From assembly GCA_963737655.1 (NCBI GenBank), contig CAVTTN010000002.1, forward strand, positions 3,968,001-4,032,000: a stretch of DNA of 64,000 bases, written 5' to 3'. Position 1 is the first letter of the stretch. Every line of letters starts with the position of its first letter. This DNA is from an uncultured Planctomycetota bacterium (GTDB lineage Bacteria > Planctomycetota > Planctomycetia > Isosphaerales > Isosphaeraceae). Position numbers and translations under genes: made by a program. This document shows, in pieces, positions 44,922 through 53,516 of this stretch. The notes under the pieces are model-generated. The model searched no databases. It was given only the letters and a program-made list of their open reading frames with translations, and was not told the origin of the DNA.

Positions 44922-46415
44922 ATGAGCACCGCCGAGCAGACCCAGGCCGCCGAAGCCGGCGCCGCCGAGGCCCAGGAAGGCAGCCTCCTGGACAAGATCA
45001 TCTCCGAGGGCAAGCTGGCCCGCGACGACGAGCAGAGGGCCCTGGCCCGCGACTTCATCGGCGAGTTCGTCGATCAGGTCATGGCCGGCACGATGACCGT
45101 CTCCAACGACACCCAGGCGATGATCAACGCCCGGATCGGCCAGATCGACCGCCTGCTGTCGAAGCAGCTCAACGCGATCATGCACCACGAGGACTTCCAG
45201 AAGCTGGAAGGTTCCTGGAGGGGGCTGCATTATTTCGTCCACCAGAGCGAGACGGGCAAGGATCTCAAGATCAAGCTCATGAACGTCTCGAAGAAGGACC
45301 TCCTCAAGGACATGGAGAAGGCGCCGGAGTTCGACCAGTCGGCGCTCTTCAAGAAGGTCTACGAGGAGGAGTTCGGGACGTTCGGCGGCGCGCCGTTCGG
45401 CTCCCTGATCGGCGACTACGAGTTCGGCCGGGGCGCGCAGGACGTGGCGCTCCTGGAGAAGATCTCCAACGTGGCCGCGGCGGCTCACGCCCCGTTCATC
45501 GCGGCGGCCAGCCCGCACATGTTCAACTGGGACGGCTTCACCGAGATCGGCGGCCCGCGCGACCTGACGAAGATCTTCGAGACGCCCGACTACGTGAAAT
45601 GGCGGTCGTTCCGCAACTCGGAGGACTCGCGGTACGTCGGGCCTGACCCTGCCCCACATCCTCATGCAGGCTGCCCTACGGCCCCGAGACCTCCCCGGTC
45701 GAGGCGTTCAACTACGTCGAGGACGTGGACGGGACCGACCACAAGAAGTACCTGTGGGGCAACGCCGCCTACGCGTTCGCCTGCCGCCTCACCGAGTCGT
45801 TCGCCAAGTACCACTGGTGCGCGTCGATCCGAGGGGTCGAGGGCGGCGGGCTGGTCGCCGGCCTGCCGTCGCACACGTTCAAGACCGACCAGGGGGACGT
45901 GGCGCTGAAGTGCCCGACGGAGATCGCCATCACCGACCGCCGCGAGAAGGAGCTTTCGGACCTCGGGTTCATCCCCCTGGTCCACTGCAAGAACACGGAT
46001 TACGCCGCGTTCTTCGCGGCGCAGTCGGCCCAGCAGGCCAAGAGCTACAACACCGACGCCGCCAACGCCAACGCCCGGCTGTCGACCCAGATCCAGTACA
46101 TCATGGCCGTCTCGCGGATCGCCCACTACCTGAAGGCGATGATGCGCGACAAGATCGGCAGCTTCATGAGCCGGTCGGAGTGCGAGATGTTCCTGAACAA
46201 CTGGATCACGACCTACGTCTGCCCGATGGACGACGCCAGCCAGGCCGTCAAGGCGGAACGGCCGCTGCGAGACGCCCGGATCGACGTCGTCGAGGACCCG
46301 AAGAAGCCGGGCTGCTACAAGGCCGTGGCCTTCCTGCGCGCCCCACTTCCAGCTCGACGAGCTGACGGTCTCGCTCCGCCTGGTGGCCGAGCTGCCCCAG
46401 CCGGTCGGGAAGTAG
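44922..46415 (+). CDS. tssC: T6SS sheath large subunit; frameshifts near 45645-45670 and 46340
   Basis: FQKLEGSWRGL, AAHAPFI, YLWGNAAY, IRGVEGGG, CPTEIAITDRREKEL, PHFQLDELTVSLRLV. Confidence 0.95.
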
Positions 46416-46524
46416 CCGGGGAATTCCGGAGATTTCGGCACGGGCAGGTTTCGAGGCGTACAAGAAGATGTAACCGGCATGATGGGCGTGTCGGGGCAGG
46501 GTCGAACGAGGCAGGAGCATTCCG

Positions 46525-47013
46525 ATGGCTGCTGTTGACTATTTCCTGAAGATCGACGGTATCGAGGGCGAGTCCGCCGACGCCAAGCACAAGAACGAGA
46601 TCGACGTCGAGTCCTGGAGCTGGGGCGCCACGCAGTCCGGCACGTTCTCCATGGGCGGTGGCGGCGGTGCCGGCAAGGTCTCGATGCAGGACATGCACTT
46701 CGTCGCCAAGATGTCCAAGGCGTCGCCCAAGCTGCTGCTGGCCAACGCCAGCGGCCAGCACATCAAGACGGCCGTCCTGACCCTCCGCAAGGCGGGCACC
46801 GACCAGCAGGAGTTCGCGAAGTTCACCCTGAGCGACGTCCTGGTCTCCAGCTACCAGACCGGCGGATCGGCCAGCGGGAGCATCGTCCCGATGGACCAGT
46901 TCAGCCTGAACTTCGCCAAGATCGAGAAGGAATACAAGGAGCAGAAGGCCGACGGCACCCTGGGCGGGGCCGTGAAGGTCGGCTGGGACCTCAAGCAGAA
47001 CAAGAAGGTCTGA
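46525..47013 (+). CDS. hcp: T6SS tube protein Hcp
   Basis: FLKIDGIEGES, HKNEIDVESWSWG, KASPKL, GWDLKQNK. Confidence 0.97.
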   Translation: MAAVDYFLKIDGIEGESADAKHKNEIDVESWSWGATQSGTFSMGGGGGAGKVSMQDMHFVAKMSKASPKLLLANASGQHIKTAVLTLRKAGTDQQEFAKFTLSDVLVSSYQTGGSASGSIVPMDQFSLNFAKIEKEYKEQKADGTLGGAVKVGWDLKQNKKV

Positions 47014-47042
47014 TCGGACCCGATCACGACCTCATCGCGACG

Positions 47043-47073
47043 GAGGCCGGGGATCTTCGCGATCCCCGGCCTC
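47043..47073 (+). terminator. Stem-loop after hcp (terminator or mRNA stabiliser)
   Basis: GAGGCCGGGGATC-ttcgc-GATCCCCGGCCTC, perfect 13-bp stem, no U-tract. Confidence 0.6.
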
Positions 47074-47126
47074 GGCCGCGCCCCGAGCCGCTCCCGAGAT
47101 CGAGCCCCGGCCCGCCGGACATCGCC

Positions 47127-47612
47127 ATGCCCCCCGTTCGCAACGAGAAGAAGCTCCTCCCCTCGATCCTCGACCGCCTGGTCGATCAGGACCCTCGGGG
47201 CCGCGGCTCCGAGCAGTTCCAGGCGTCGCGGAACCTCGCCGACCTGAAGGCGTCGGTCAAGCGCGACCTGGAATGGCTCCTCAACAGCAAGAGGGCCCTG
47301 GCCGAGCAGCCCGAGGGCCTCGATCACCTCAATCGATCGCTCCTGGCCTACGGCCTGCCCGACTTCACCACCAGCACACTGAGCAACGCCGAGGACCGCA
47401 AGTACCTCCTCCAGTCGGTCCACGACGCCGTGACCCGCTTCGAGCCTCGGTTGACCGACGTGAGGGTCGTCCTGGACGACACCCGGGAATTCGACCGCTC
47501 GATCCGCTTCCGCATCGAGGGCGTGCTGAACGTCGAGCCGTCGCCCGAGGTCGTCTCGTTCGATTCCGAGCTCCAGCTCCACACCAAGGCGATCAAGGTC
47601 CAGGCCGAATGA
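47127..47612 (+). CDS. tssE: T6SS baseplate TssE
   Basis: PSILDRL, RDLEWLLN, YGLPDF, RFEPRL. Confidence 0.93.
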   Translation: MPPVRNEKKLLPSILDRLVDQDPRGRGSEQFQASRNLADLKASVKRDLEWLLNSKRALAEQPEGLDHLNRSLLAYGLPDFTTSTLSNAEDRKYLLQSVHDAVTRFEPRLTDVRVVLDDTREFDRSIRFRIEGVLNVEPSPEVVSFDSELQLHTKAIKVQAE

Positions 47613-49435
47613 ACGACGACCTGCTGGGCTATTACAACAGCGAACTCTCGTTCCTCCGGGACCTCGGCGCCGAGTTCGCCGCGAAGTATCCGAGGGTCGC
47701 CAGCCGCCTTCAACTGGAGGCCGATCGCTGCGAAGACCCCCACGTCGAGCGGCTCCTCGAAGGCTTCGCCTTCCTCTCGGCCCGAATCCGCAAGAAGATC
47801 GAGGACGAGCTGCCGGAGATCACCGAGGCGCTGCTGGGCGTGCTCTACCCGCACTACCTCCGCCCCCTGCCGTCGATGTCGGTCGTCCAGTTCCAGCTCA
47901 ACCCCGAGCAGTCCCGATCGACGAACGCCTACACCATCCCCTCCGGGAGCCGGTTGACCTCGCGGTCGATCGGCGGCTCCCCCTGCTCGTTCCGGACCGG
48001 CTACCCGACGACCCTCTGGCCCCTGGAGGTCACCTCGGGCCGACTCGACCCGGACCGCGTGGTCTTTTCCGGGAAGCCTCCGGAGGCCGTGGCCCTGCTC
48101 CAGGTCGGCCTGGCCTGCACCGGCGGCCTCGCGTTCGCGCAGCTCCCCGCGCTCGATTCGCTCCGGTTCTTCCTCGACGGCGAGCCGCCCACGGCCTTCG
48201 GCCTCTATGAATTGCTGTTCAACAATGCGTGCCGGGTGATGGTCCGGGGCGAGACGGCCTCCGGGAAGGTCGAGACGATCACTTTGCCTGCCGATTCGCT
48301 GAAGGCCGCCGGGCTCGGCCCCGACGAGGGCCTCTTCCCCTACCCCTCCCGGTCGTTCCCCGGTTACCGACTGCTCCAGGAATACTTCGCGTTCCCCGAC
48401 AAGTTCCTCTTCTTCGACCTGACCGGGTTGAAGGCCCTGGCCGCGAAGAAGTTCGGCCGGTCCGTCGAGCTCCTGGTCTTCCTCAATGCGTCGCCCCGGA
48501 GCGACGTGATCGTCTCGGCCGAGAACTTCAAGATCGGCTGCGCGCCGATCGTCAACCTCTTCACCCGGGTCTGCGAGCCGATCCTCCTGGACCAGACGCG
48601 GACGCAGTACCGCGTGATCCCCGACGTCCATCGGCCCCTGGCGACCGAAGTCTACTCGATCGACTCGGTGGTGAGCTCCGGCTCGTTCCTGGCCGAGACC
48701 GTCCCGTTCGAGCCGTTCTACGCGCTGAGGCACGGCACCGCGCCGAGGAGCCAGGCCTACTGGTTCGCCAGCCGGGAAGCCTCGCAGAGGAAGGACGACC
48801 CGGGAACGGAGGTCTACCTTTCGTTCGTGGACCCGGGCTTCAACCCGAAGGCCCCGGCGGCCGAAGCGGTGACCGTCCACGCCACCTGCACCAATCGCGA
48901 CCTCCCCACCAAGCTCCCCTTCGGCGGCGAACAGGCCGATTTCGAGCTCGAAGGCCAGGCGCCGGTGAGCCGGGTCCGCCTGCTGAGGAAGCCGACTCGC
49001 CCGCTCCGCCCGCCCCTGGGCCGGGCCCTCCAGTGGCGGCTGATCTCGCACCTGGCGCTCAATCACCTCTCGCTGGCCGACGGCGAGCAGGGGCTGGAAT
49101 CGCTCCAGGAGCTCCTGCGGATCTACGACTTCGCCGACAGCGCCGTGACCCGCCAGCAAATCGGCGGGATCGTGGCCGTGAGCAGCCGGAGGGCGGCCGG
49201 GCGGACCGGGCGGAAGATCGGCAACACGGTGAGCCTCGGGGTGGAAGTCACGATCGAGTTCGACGAGACCGCGTTCGTGGGCAGCGGCGCCTTCCTCCTG
49301 GCCAGCATCCTGGAACGGTTCCTCGCCCTGTTCACCTCGATCAACTCGTTCAGCCAGCTCGTGGCGAAGACATCGAGACGCGAAGGGGTCTTGAAGCGAT
49401 GGACACCACGATCCGGGGAGCGGAGCCTCCTCTAG
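47609..49435 (+). CDS. tssF: T6SS baseplate TssF
   Basis: YYNSELSFLR, DPHVERLLEGFAFL, GYRLLQEYFAFPDKF, WRLISHLALNHLSL. Confidence 0.96.
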   Translation: MNDDLLGYYNSELSFLRDLGAEFAAKYPRVASRLQLEADRCEDPHVERLLEGFAFLSARIRKKIEDELPEITEALLGVLYPHYLRPLPSMSVVQFQLNPEQSRSTNAYTIPSGSRLTSRSIGGSPCSFRTGYPTTLWPLEVTSGRLDPDRVVFSGKPPEAVALLQVGLACTGGLAFAQLPALDSLRFFLDGEPPTAFGLYELLFNNACRVMVRGETASGKVETITLPADSLKAAGLGPDEGLFPYPSRSFPGYRLLQEYFAFPDKFLFFDLTGLKALAAKKFGRSVELLVFLNASPRSDVIVSAENFKIGCAPIVNLFTRVCEPILLDQTRTQYRVIPDVHRPLATEVYSIDSVVSSGSFLAETVPFEPFYALRHGTAPRSQAYWFASREASQRKDDPGTEVYLSFVDPGFNPKAPAAEAVTVHATCTNRDLPTKLPFGGEQADFELEGQAPVSRVRLLRKPTRPLRPPLGRALQWRLISHLALNHLSLADGEQGLESLQELLRIYDFADSAVTRQQIGGIVAVSSRRAAGRTGRKIGNTVSLGVEVTIEFDETAFVGSGAFLLASILERFLALFTSINSFSQLVAKTSRREGVLKRWTPRSGERSLL

Positions 49436-50422
49436 AGCGGCTCCTGTTCGACGAGGGCTATCGGTTCGAGTTCTTCCAGGCCGTGAGGCTCCTGGAACGG
49501 CTCCAGCCGGACCGCTCGGCGGTGGGCGAGGACTCGCGGAATGAGGTCGCGCGGTTCTCGGCCCGGCTCAGCCTGGCGTTCCCCCCGAGCCAGATCCACT
49601 CGGTCGAGCCCCTCGGCCGATGAGAAGTCCCCGCCTCGGATGACGATCGCATTCCTCGGCCTGTCCGGGCCGTCGGGCGTCCTGCCTCATTGCTACACCG
49701 AGTTCCTCCTGGAGCGTCGCAAGGCCGGGGACCTGGCGATCCTCGAATTCCTGGACCTCTTCAATCACCGCCTGGCCTCGATGTTCTTCCGGGCCTGGGC
49801 GAAATACCGGCCGATCATCGGCTACGAGCGAGGCCGCGCCGATCGGTTCACCGATTACCTGTTCCACCTGATCGGCCTGGGCGCGGCCCCCCTCCGCGAT
49901 CGCCACACGTTCTCCGACGCCGCCCTGCCCTACTTCTCCGGCTTCCTGGCGCAACGAAGGAGGCCGGCGGTGGCGCTCGAGGCGCTGCTCCGCGAGCACT
50001 TCGGCCAGCCGGTGACGGTCGAGTCGTTCGTCGGCCAGTGGCTCCGCCTGGCCCCGGAAGACCGGTCGATCCTGTCGAAGGACGGACCCCACAACAGCCT
50101 GGGCGTCAGCCTGGTCGTCGGCGACCGCGTCTGGGACGAGCAGGGGAAATTCCGCCTGAGGGTGGGGCCGCTAGGATTCCGCCAATTCCGCAAGTTCCTC
50201 CCCGACGGCCCGGCCTTCCGCCCGATGGCCCAGATGACCCGCCTGTTCGTCGATGCCGAGTTCGATTTCGACATCCAGCTCGTCCTGAAGGCCGAGGAAG
50301 TCCCATCCTGTCAACTCAGCTCAAAACCCGGCAAAGGCGCAAGGCTCGGCCGGTTCGCCTGGCTGAAAAGCCGAGACTTCGAGAAGGACGCCGACGACGC
50401 CGTCTTCCCGGCCGGCGTCTGA
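49399..50422 (+). CDS. tssG: T6SS baseplate TssG; frameshift near 49615
   Basis: FEFFQAVRLLE, LGLSGPSGVLP, FLDLFNHRL, WAKYR. Confidence 0.93.
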
Positions 50423-50451
50423 ACCCGCCATGCAAGCCGACCCGAATCCCG

Positions 50452-50546
50452 CCGGGGGTTACTTCCGCCGCTTCATCCACTCTCCTAAACTCTCCTCAGG
50501 GTCCGGGCGCGGCCAATCCTTCCGTCCCTCCGCGCAGAACGACGAG
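50452..50546 (+). repeat. Degenerate copy of the clpV upstream/leader region (direct repeat A)
   Basis: Aligns by eye with 54455-54549; shares TCCTAAACTCTCCTCAGGGTCCGGG, CTTCCGTCCCT and AACGACGAG. Confidence 0.85.
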
Positions 50547-50550
50547 AAGT

Positions 50551-50620
50551 GGAAAAAGGGGTCAGGAGCCGATCTTGAATCCCGGCCGTCGGGTCGGGAC
50601 TCGGCTCCTGACCCCTTTCC
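50551..50620. repeat. REP/REPIN-like hairpin, GGGGTCAGG arm type
   Basis: AAAGGGGTCAGGAGCCGA ... TCGGCTCCTGACCCCTTT inverted repeat with inner stem. Confidence 0.8.
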
Positions 50621-50630
50621 CCACGCGAAG

Positions 50631-50784
50631 CGAATTACGCTCTGGAAGGTTGAAAGTGGACTTGCCTGACATCCCGTTTTCCCGCCTCTTGAGGAACGAA
50701 ACGCCGAGAATTTCCTCCGTCCCCTTTTCCCATCCACGAGAATTTCCTCCGTCCCCTTTTCCCATCCGTCCCCTTTTCCCATCC
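50631..50784. repeat. REPIN-like element copy 1 (left arm missing) with triplicated right arm
   Basis: Core TGGAAGGTTGAAAGTGGACTTGCCTGA...CTTGAGGAACG followed by three GTCCCCTTTTCCCATCC. Confidence 0.85.
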
Positions 50785-50983
50785 AAAAAGAATAAAAGTG
50801 TTAAATCCTAAAGCTAGTAAATACGGTATCTCCCAAATACGTAAATAGTCATCAATTAGGTGTAATCCCAGATTTCTTCGGATGAGGAAACTCGAAAACC
50901 GCTTGGGTCTTGGCGATGCAGGAGCTGCTGGACCTCACGTTAGCGTGGCTCGGGAATCGGAGTTCATTCTGGGATATATATAC

Positions 50984-51955
50984 ATGAACAATTATTTTTT
51001 GTTACACTTATTCATTATCGCTTGTTCCACTTCACGTGATGCCGAGACCCTCCGCTCGTTTGAGGAGGCCGCCAAGGCGTTGAGGCCGGCGATCTTTCTC
51101 GTGGACGTGGGCGGCAAGGAGTATGGGACCGCATTCGTGATCTCGCGTCGGCAAAGGCTCCTCGCGACCGCTGGGCACGCCGGTGACGGGATCCTGCGAG
51201 CCGGGCCCGGCAAGTCCTTCGCGATCGGGAATCAGGCCCGATACCCCGTCGAGAAGGTCTATCTCCACCCGGCAACGTACCGCGAGATCGACGACGGGTG
51301 CATCGTCCGCTCTGACGACCCGCGGGACGGCCCCATCGACGGCTGGCTCCACCCCGACATGGCCGTCCTCCGCCTCGGCCCCGGCGGGCCGGAACTCCCC
51401 GCCGAGGTCGCTCTCGCGGACACCGCCGAGCTCAATTCGCTCAAGAACAAGGTCGTCGCGGGCCTTGGTTTCTTGGGCGCCACCGACGATAGGGCCGAAC
51501 CAAGGCTGTCCACCGGCGTCGTGATCACGGCCGCCGACTACAATCACGCCATCGAGGCGCCCGTGGAGCAGCAATGGCTCGAATACACCGCGAGCCTCGG
51601 CCCGGGAACCAGCGGCTCGCCCCTCTTCCTGACCACCGGCAAGGTCGTCGGAATCCACACATCCGAGTTCCTTCCGGACGGGAATGATGGGGCCGCCCCC
51701 GAGGCCGCCACCCTGGTGAGGCAAGGATACCGCATCGAAGGGATCTTCGAGATCCTGGAATACCACCGGCTCGGCGGCCCGGGCGTCCCCCCCTCTCCGC
51801 TCCCTCTGCTCGACAAGGCCCGCATATTCGGCAACGATCCGAATCTCGCGGCCAGACGGCGGGCCGTCGCCCTGATCGTCGAGGCGCGCCACCTGAGACG
51901 GGGCGCGGAAAAGGGGACGGAGGAAATTATTGACGCCGAGATGCGCGGTTCGTAG
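50984..51955 (+). CDS. Trypsin-like serine protease, C-terminus running into a REP arm
   Basis: GTAFVI, ATAGH, PDMAVL, GTSGSPL..GKVVGI; last residues AEKGTEEII are encoded by the repeat arm. Confidence 0.75.
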   Translation: MNNYFLLHLFIIACSTSRDAETLRSFEEAAKALRPAIFLVDVGGKEYGTAFVISRRQRLLATAGHAGDGILRAGPGKSFAIGNQARYPVEKVYLHPATYREIDDGCIVRSDDPRDGPIDGWLHPDMAVLRLGPGGPELPAEVALADTAELNSLKNKVVAGLGFLGATDDRAEPRLSTGVVITAADYNHAIEAPVEQQWLEYTASLGPGTSGSPLFLTTGKVVGIHTSEFLPDGNDGAAPEAATLVRQGYRIEGIFEILEYHRLGGPGVPPSPLPLLDKARIFGNDPNLAARRRAVALIVEARHLRRGAEKGTEEIIDAEMRGS

Positions 51956-51958
51956 ACT
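51930..51958 (+). promoter_or_regulatory. Sigma70-like promoter of the truncated RAYT (leaderless)
   Basis: TTGACG-17bp-TAGACT, ATG 6 nt downstream, directly after a GGAAAAGGGGACGGAG arm. Confidence 0.7.
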
Positions 51959-51964
51959 CCCGAC

Positions 51965-52192
51965 ATGCCACGCACCGCTCGCGCCTCCGTCGCCGGACTC
52001 CCCTACCACGCCCTCAACCGCGGCAACCGCCGCGCACCCGTCTTCCACAAGCCCGCCGACTACGACGCCTTCGTCGAGGCCATCGCCGACTCCTGCCGCC
52101 GTTTGCCGATGGACCTCCTCAGCTATTGCCTCATGCCCAACCACTTCCACCTCGTCCTCCGACCCCACGCCGACGGCGACCTCGGCCGGTGG
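51965..52192 (+). pseudogene. 5' fragment of a REP-associated tyrosine transposase, cut by REP arms
   Basis: Near-identical to 53517 onward up to GDLGRW, then three GGGCGTGGAAAAGGGGAC units. Confidence 0.88.
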
Positions 52193-52627
52193 GGCGTGGA
52201 AAAGGGGACGGGCGTGGAAAAGGGGACGGGCGTGGAAAAGGGGACGGAGAGAATTATGCTTTGGAAAGTTGAATGTGGACTTGCCTGATGTCCCCTCTTC
52301 CCGCATCTTGAGGGACGACAGGCCGAGAATTTACTCCGTCCCCTTTTCCTGTCCCCGACGCCTTCATCGAGCGCGTGGAAAAGGGGACGGAGAGAATTAT
52401 GCTTTGGAAAGTTGAATGTGGACTTGCCTGATGTCCCCTTTTCTCGCCTCTTGAGGAACGACACGCCGAGAATTTACTCCGTCCCCTTTTCCTGCGTCCC
52501 CTTTTCCTGTCCTACGCTCTGGAAGGTTGAAAGTGGACTTGCCTGACATCCCGTTTTCCCGCCTCTTGAGGAACGACAGGCCGAGAATTTACTCCGTCCC
52601 CTTTTCCCTTCTCCGTCCCCTTTTCCC
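52192..52627. repeat. Cluster of REPIN-like elements: 52234-52349, 52377-52492, 52513-52607 (partial), with stuttered arms
   Basis: 116-bp units with terminal inverted repeats GGAAAAGGGGACGGAG / CTCCGTCCCCTTTTCC and a conserved core. Confidence 0.9.
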
Positions 52628-52922
52628 TTCTTTTGCCAAACGTCCAAAGAATATAAAGGCCAAGCCCATACCGTACGTTGGGCTATGGACAGTCTACCCT
52701 GATATCAATCCAGCTAATCATGTATGGGATACAAATTGGTGGTACAACAATGTTTTTAGACCTGCTCAAGGCCCATTCATCCCTCCACCCTATGTCCCCA
52801 GCCCCCACTACCCCCCGCCTCGACCACACTGGGATCGACTGCCACCTTTAGTTAATCCAACACTCACCACAAAGGCCGTCTCCATCGACGGCCCGAACGA
52901 AACACCGGATCCAGAGCGATGA
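52628..52922 (+). pseudogene. Headless lower-GC ORF fragment, possible toxin C-terminal tip
   Basis: Open frame begins at the REP arm with no start of its own; stop overlaps the next ATG (ATGA). Confidence 0.4.
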
Positions 52923-53329
52923 ACTACGGCATCAGTTTAGGCACCCGTGGCGTCTTGGACATTATCTTTGCCATCATATGGTTCGGCATCGTGCTCACCG
53001 CTACCTTCACTCGGCGGCGTATGTCCGATGAGCAGAGGTGCCGCTGGATGCCACTGACGACCACCCTGTCCGGTGCCCTCTTCACGTTGTTCGCAACGTC
53101 CCTGACCCTCCTCGAATCCGGCGTCCCACAGTCATTGGCGACGGTCATCATCCTCGGCCCATCTATAGCATTATTTAGTTATATCTATATAATTAGAACT
53201 AAATGCTGCAATAAATGTTACGCGATGATGTACAGCAACCCTTGTACCACCCCCCCGCGCTTCTGTTATCGGTGCGGTGCCGAGTTTGACAACTCCAAGG
53301 CACAGAGGAACGATAGCCTTTTAGAATAG
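52919..53329 (+). CDS. Lower-GC membrane protein with C-terminal CxxC...CxxC, possible immunity protein
   Basis: About three TM segments, CNKC and CYRC; AT-rich codon usage. Confidence 0.6.
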   Translation: MNYGISLGTRGVLDIIFAIIWFGIVLTATFTRRRMSDEQRCRWMPLTTTLSGALFTLFATSLTLLESGVPQSLATVIILGPSIALFSYIYIIRTKCCNKCYAMMYSNPCTTPPRFCYRCGAEFDNSKAQRNDSLLE

Positions 53330-53349
53330 AGGAGAAAAGGGGTAGTCTG

Positions 53350-53433
53350 GGATCTGTAGGAAACCAGGCCGCTGCGGCCAGGATCAGAACGTTGTGGGTG
53401 ATCGCCATGAGCCGCAGGTCGCGGCATTGAGCC
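53350..53433 (-). mobile_element. Possible 3'-end remnant of an IS4/IS5-type transposase gene
   Basis: AQCRDLRLMAITHNVLIL followed by GTTTCCTACAGATCC, resembling DDE transposase C-termini and IS ends (recognised from memory, not searched). Confidence 0.35.
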
Positions 53434-53481
53434 CCGCCGGGCGGAAAAGGGGACGGGCGGAAAAGGGGACGGAGGAAATTA

Positions 53482-53510
53482 TTGACGCCGAGATGCGCGG
53501 TTCGTAGACT
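53482..53510 (+). promoter_or_regulatory. Sigma70-like promoter of the intact RAYT (leaderless)
   Basis: TTGACG-17bp-TAGACT, ATG at 53517; preceded by two GGGCGGAAAAGGGGAC units. Confidence 0.7.
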
Positions 53511-53516
53511 CCCGGT

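Noticed and set aside
38139..50422. T6SS pseudogenisation or programmed frameshifting
   Set aside because: Similar indels hit pnp and other housekeeping genes, and no consistent slippery motif is evident.
52192..52627. CRISPR array
   Set aside because: Arms occur in both orientations, the intervening sequences are near-identical cores rather than unique spacers, and no cas genes are present.
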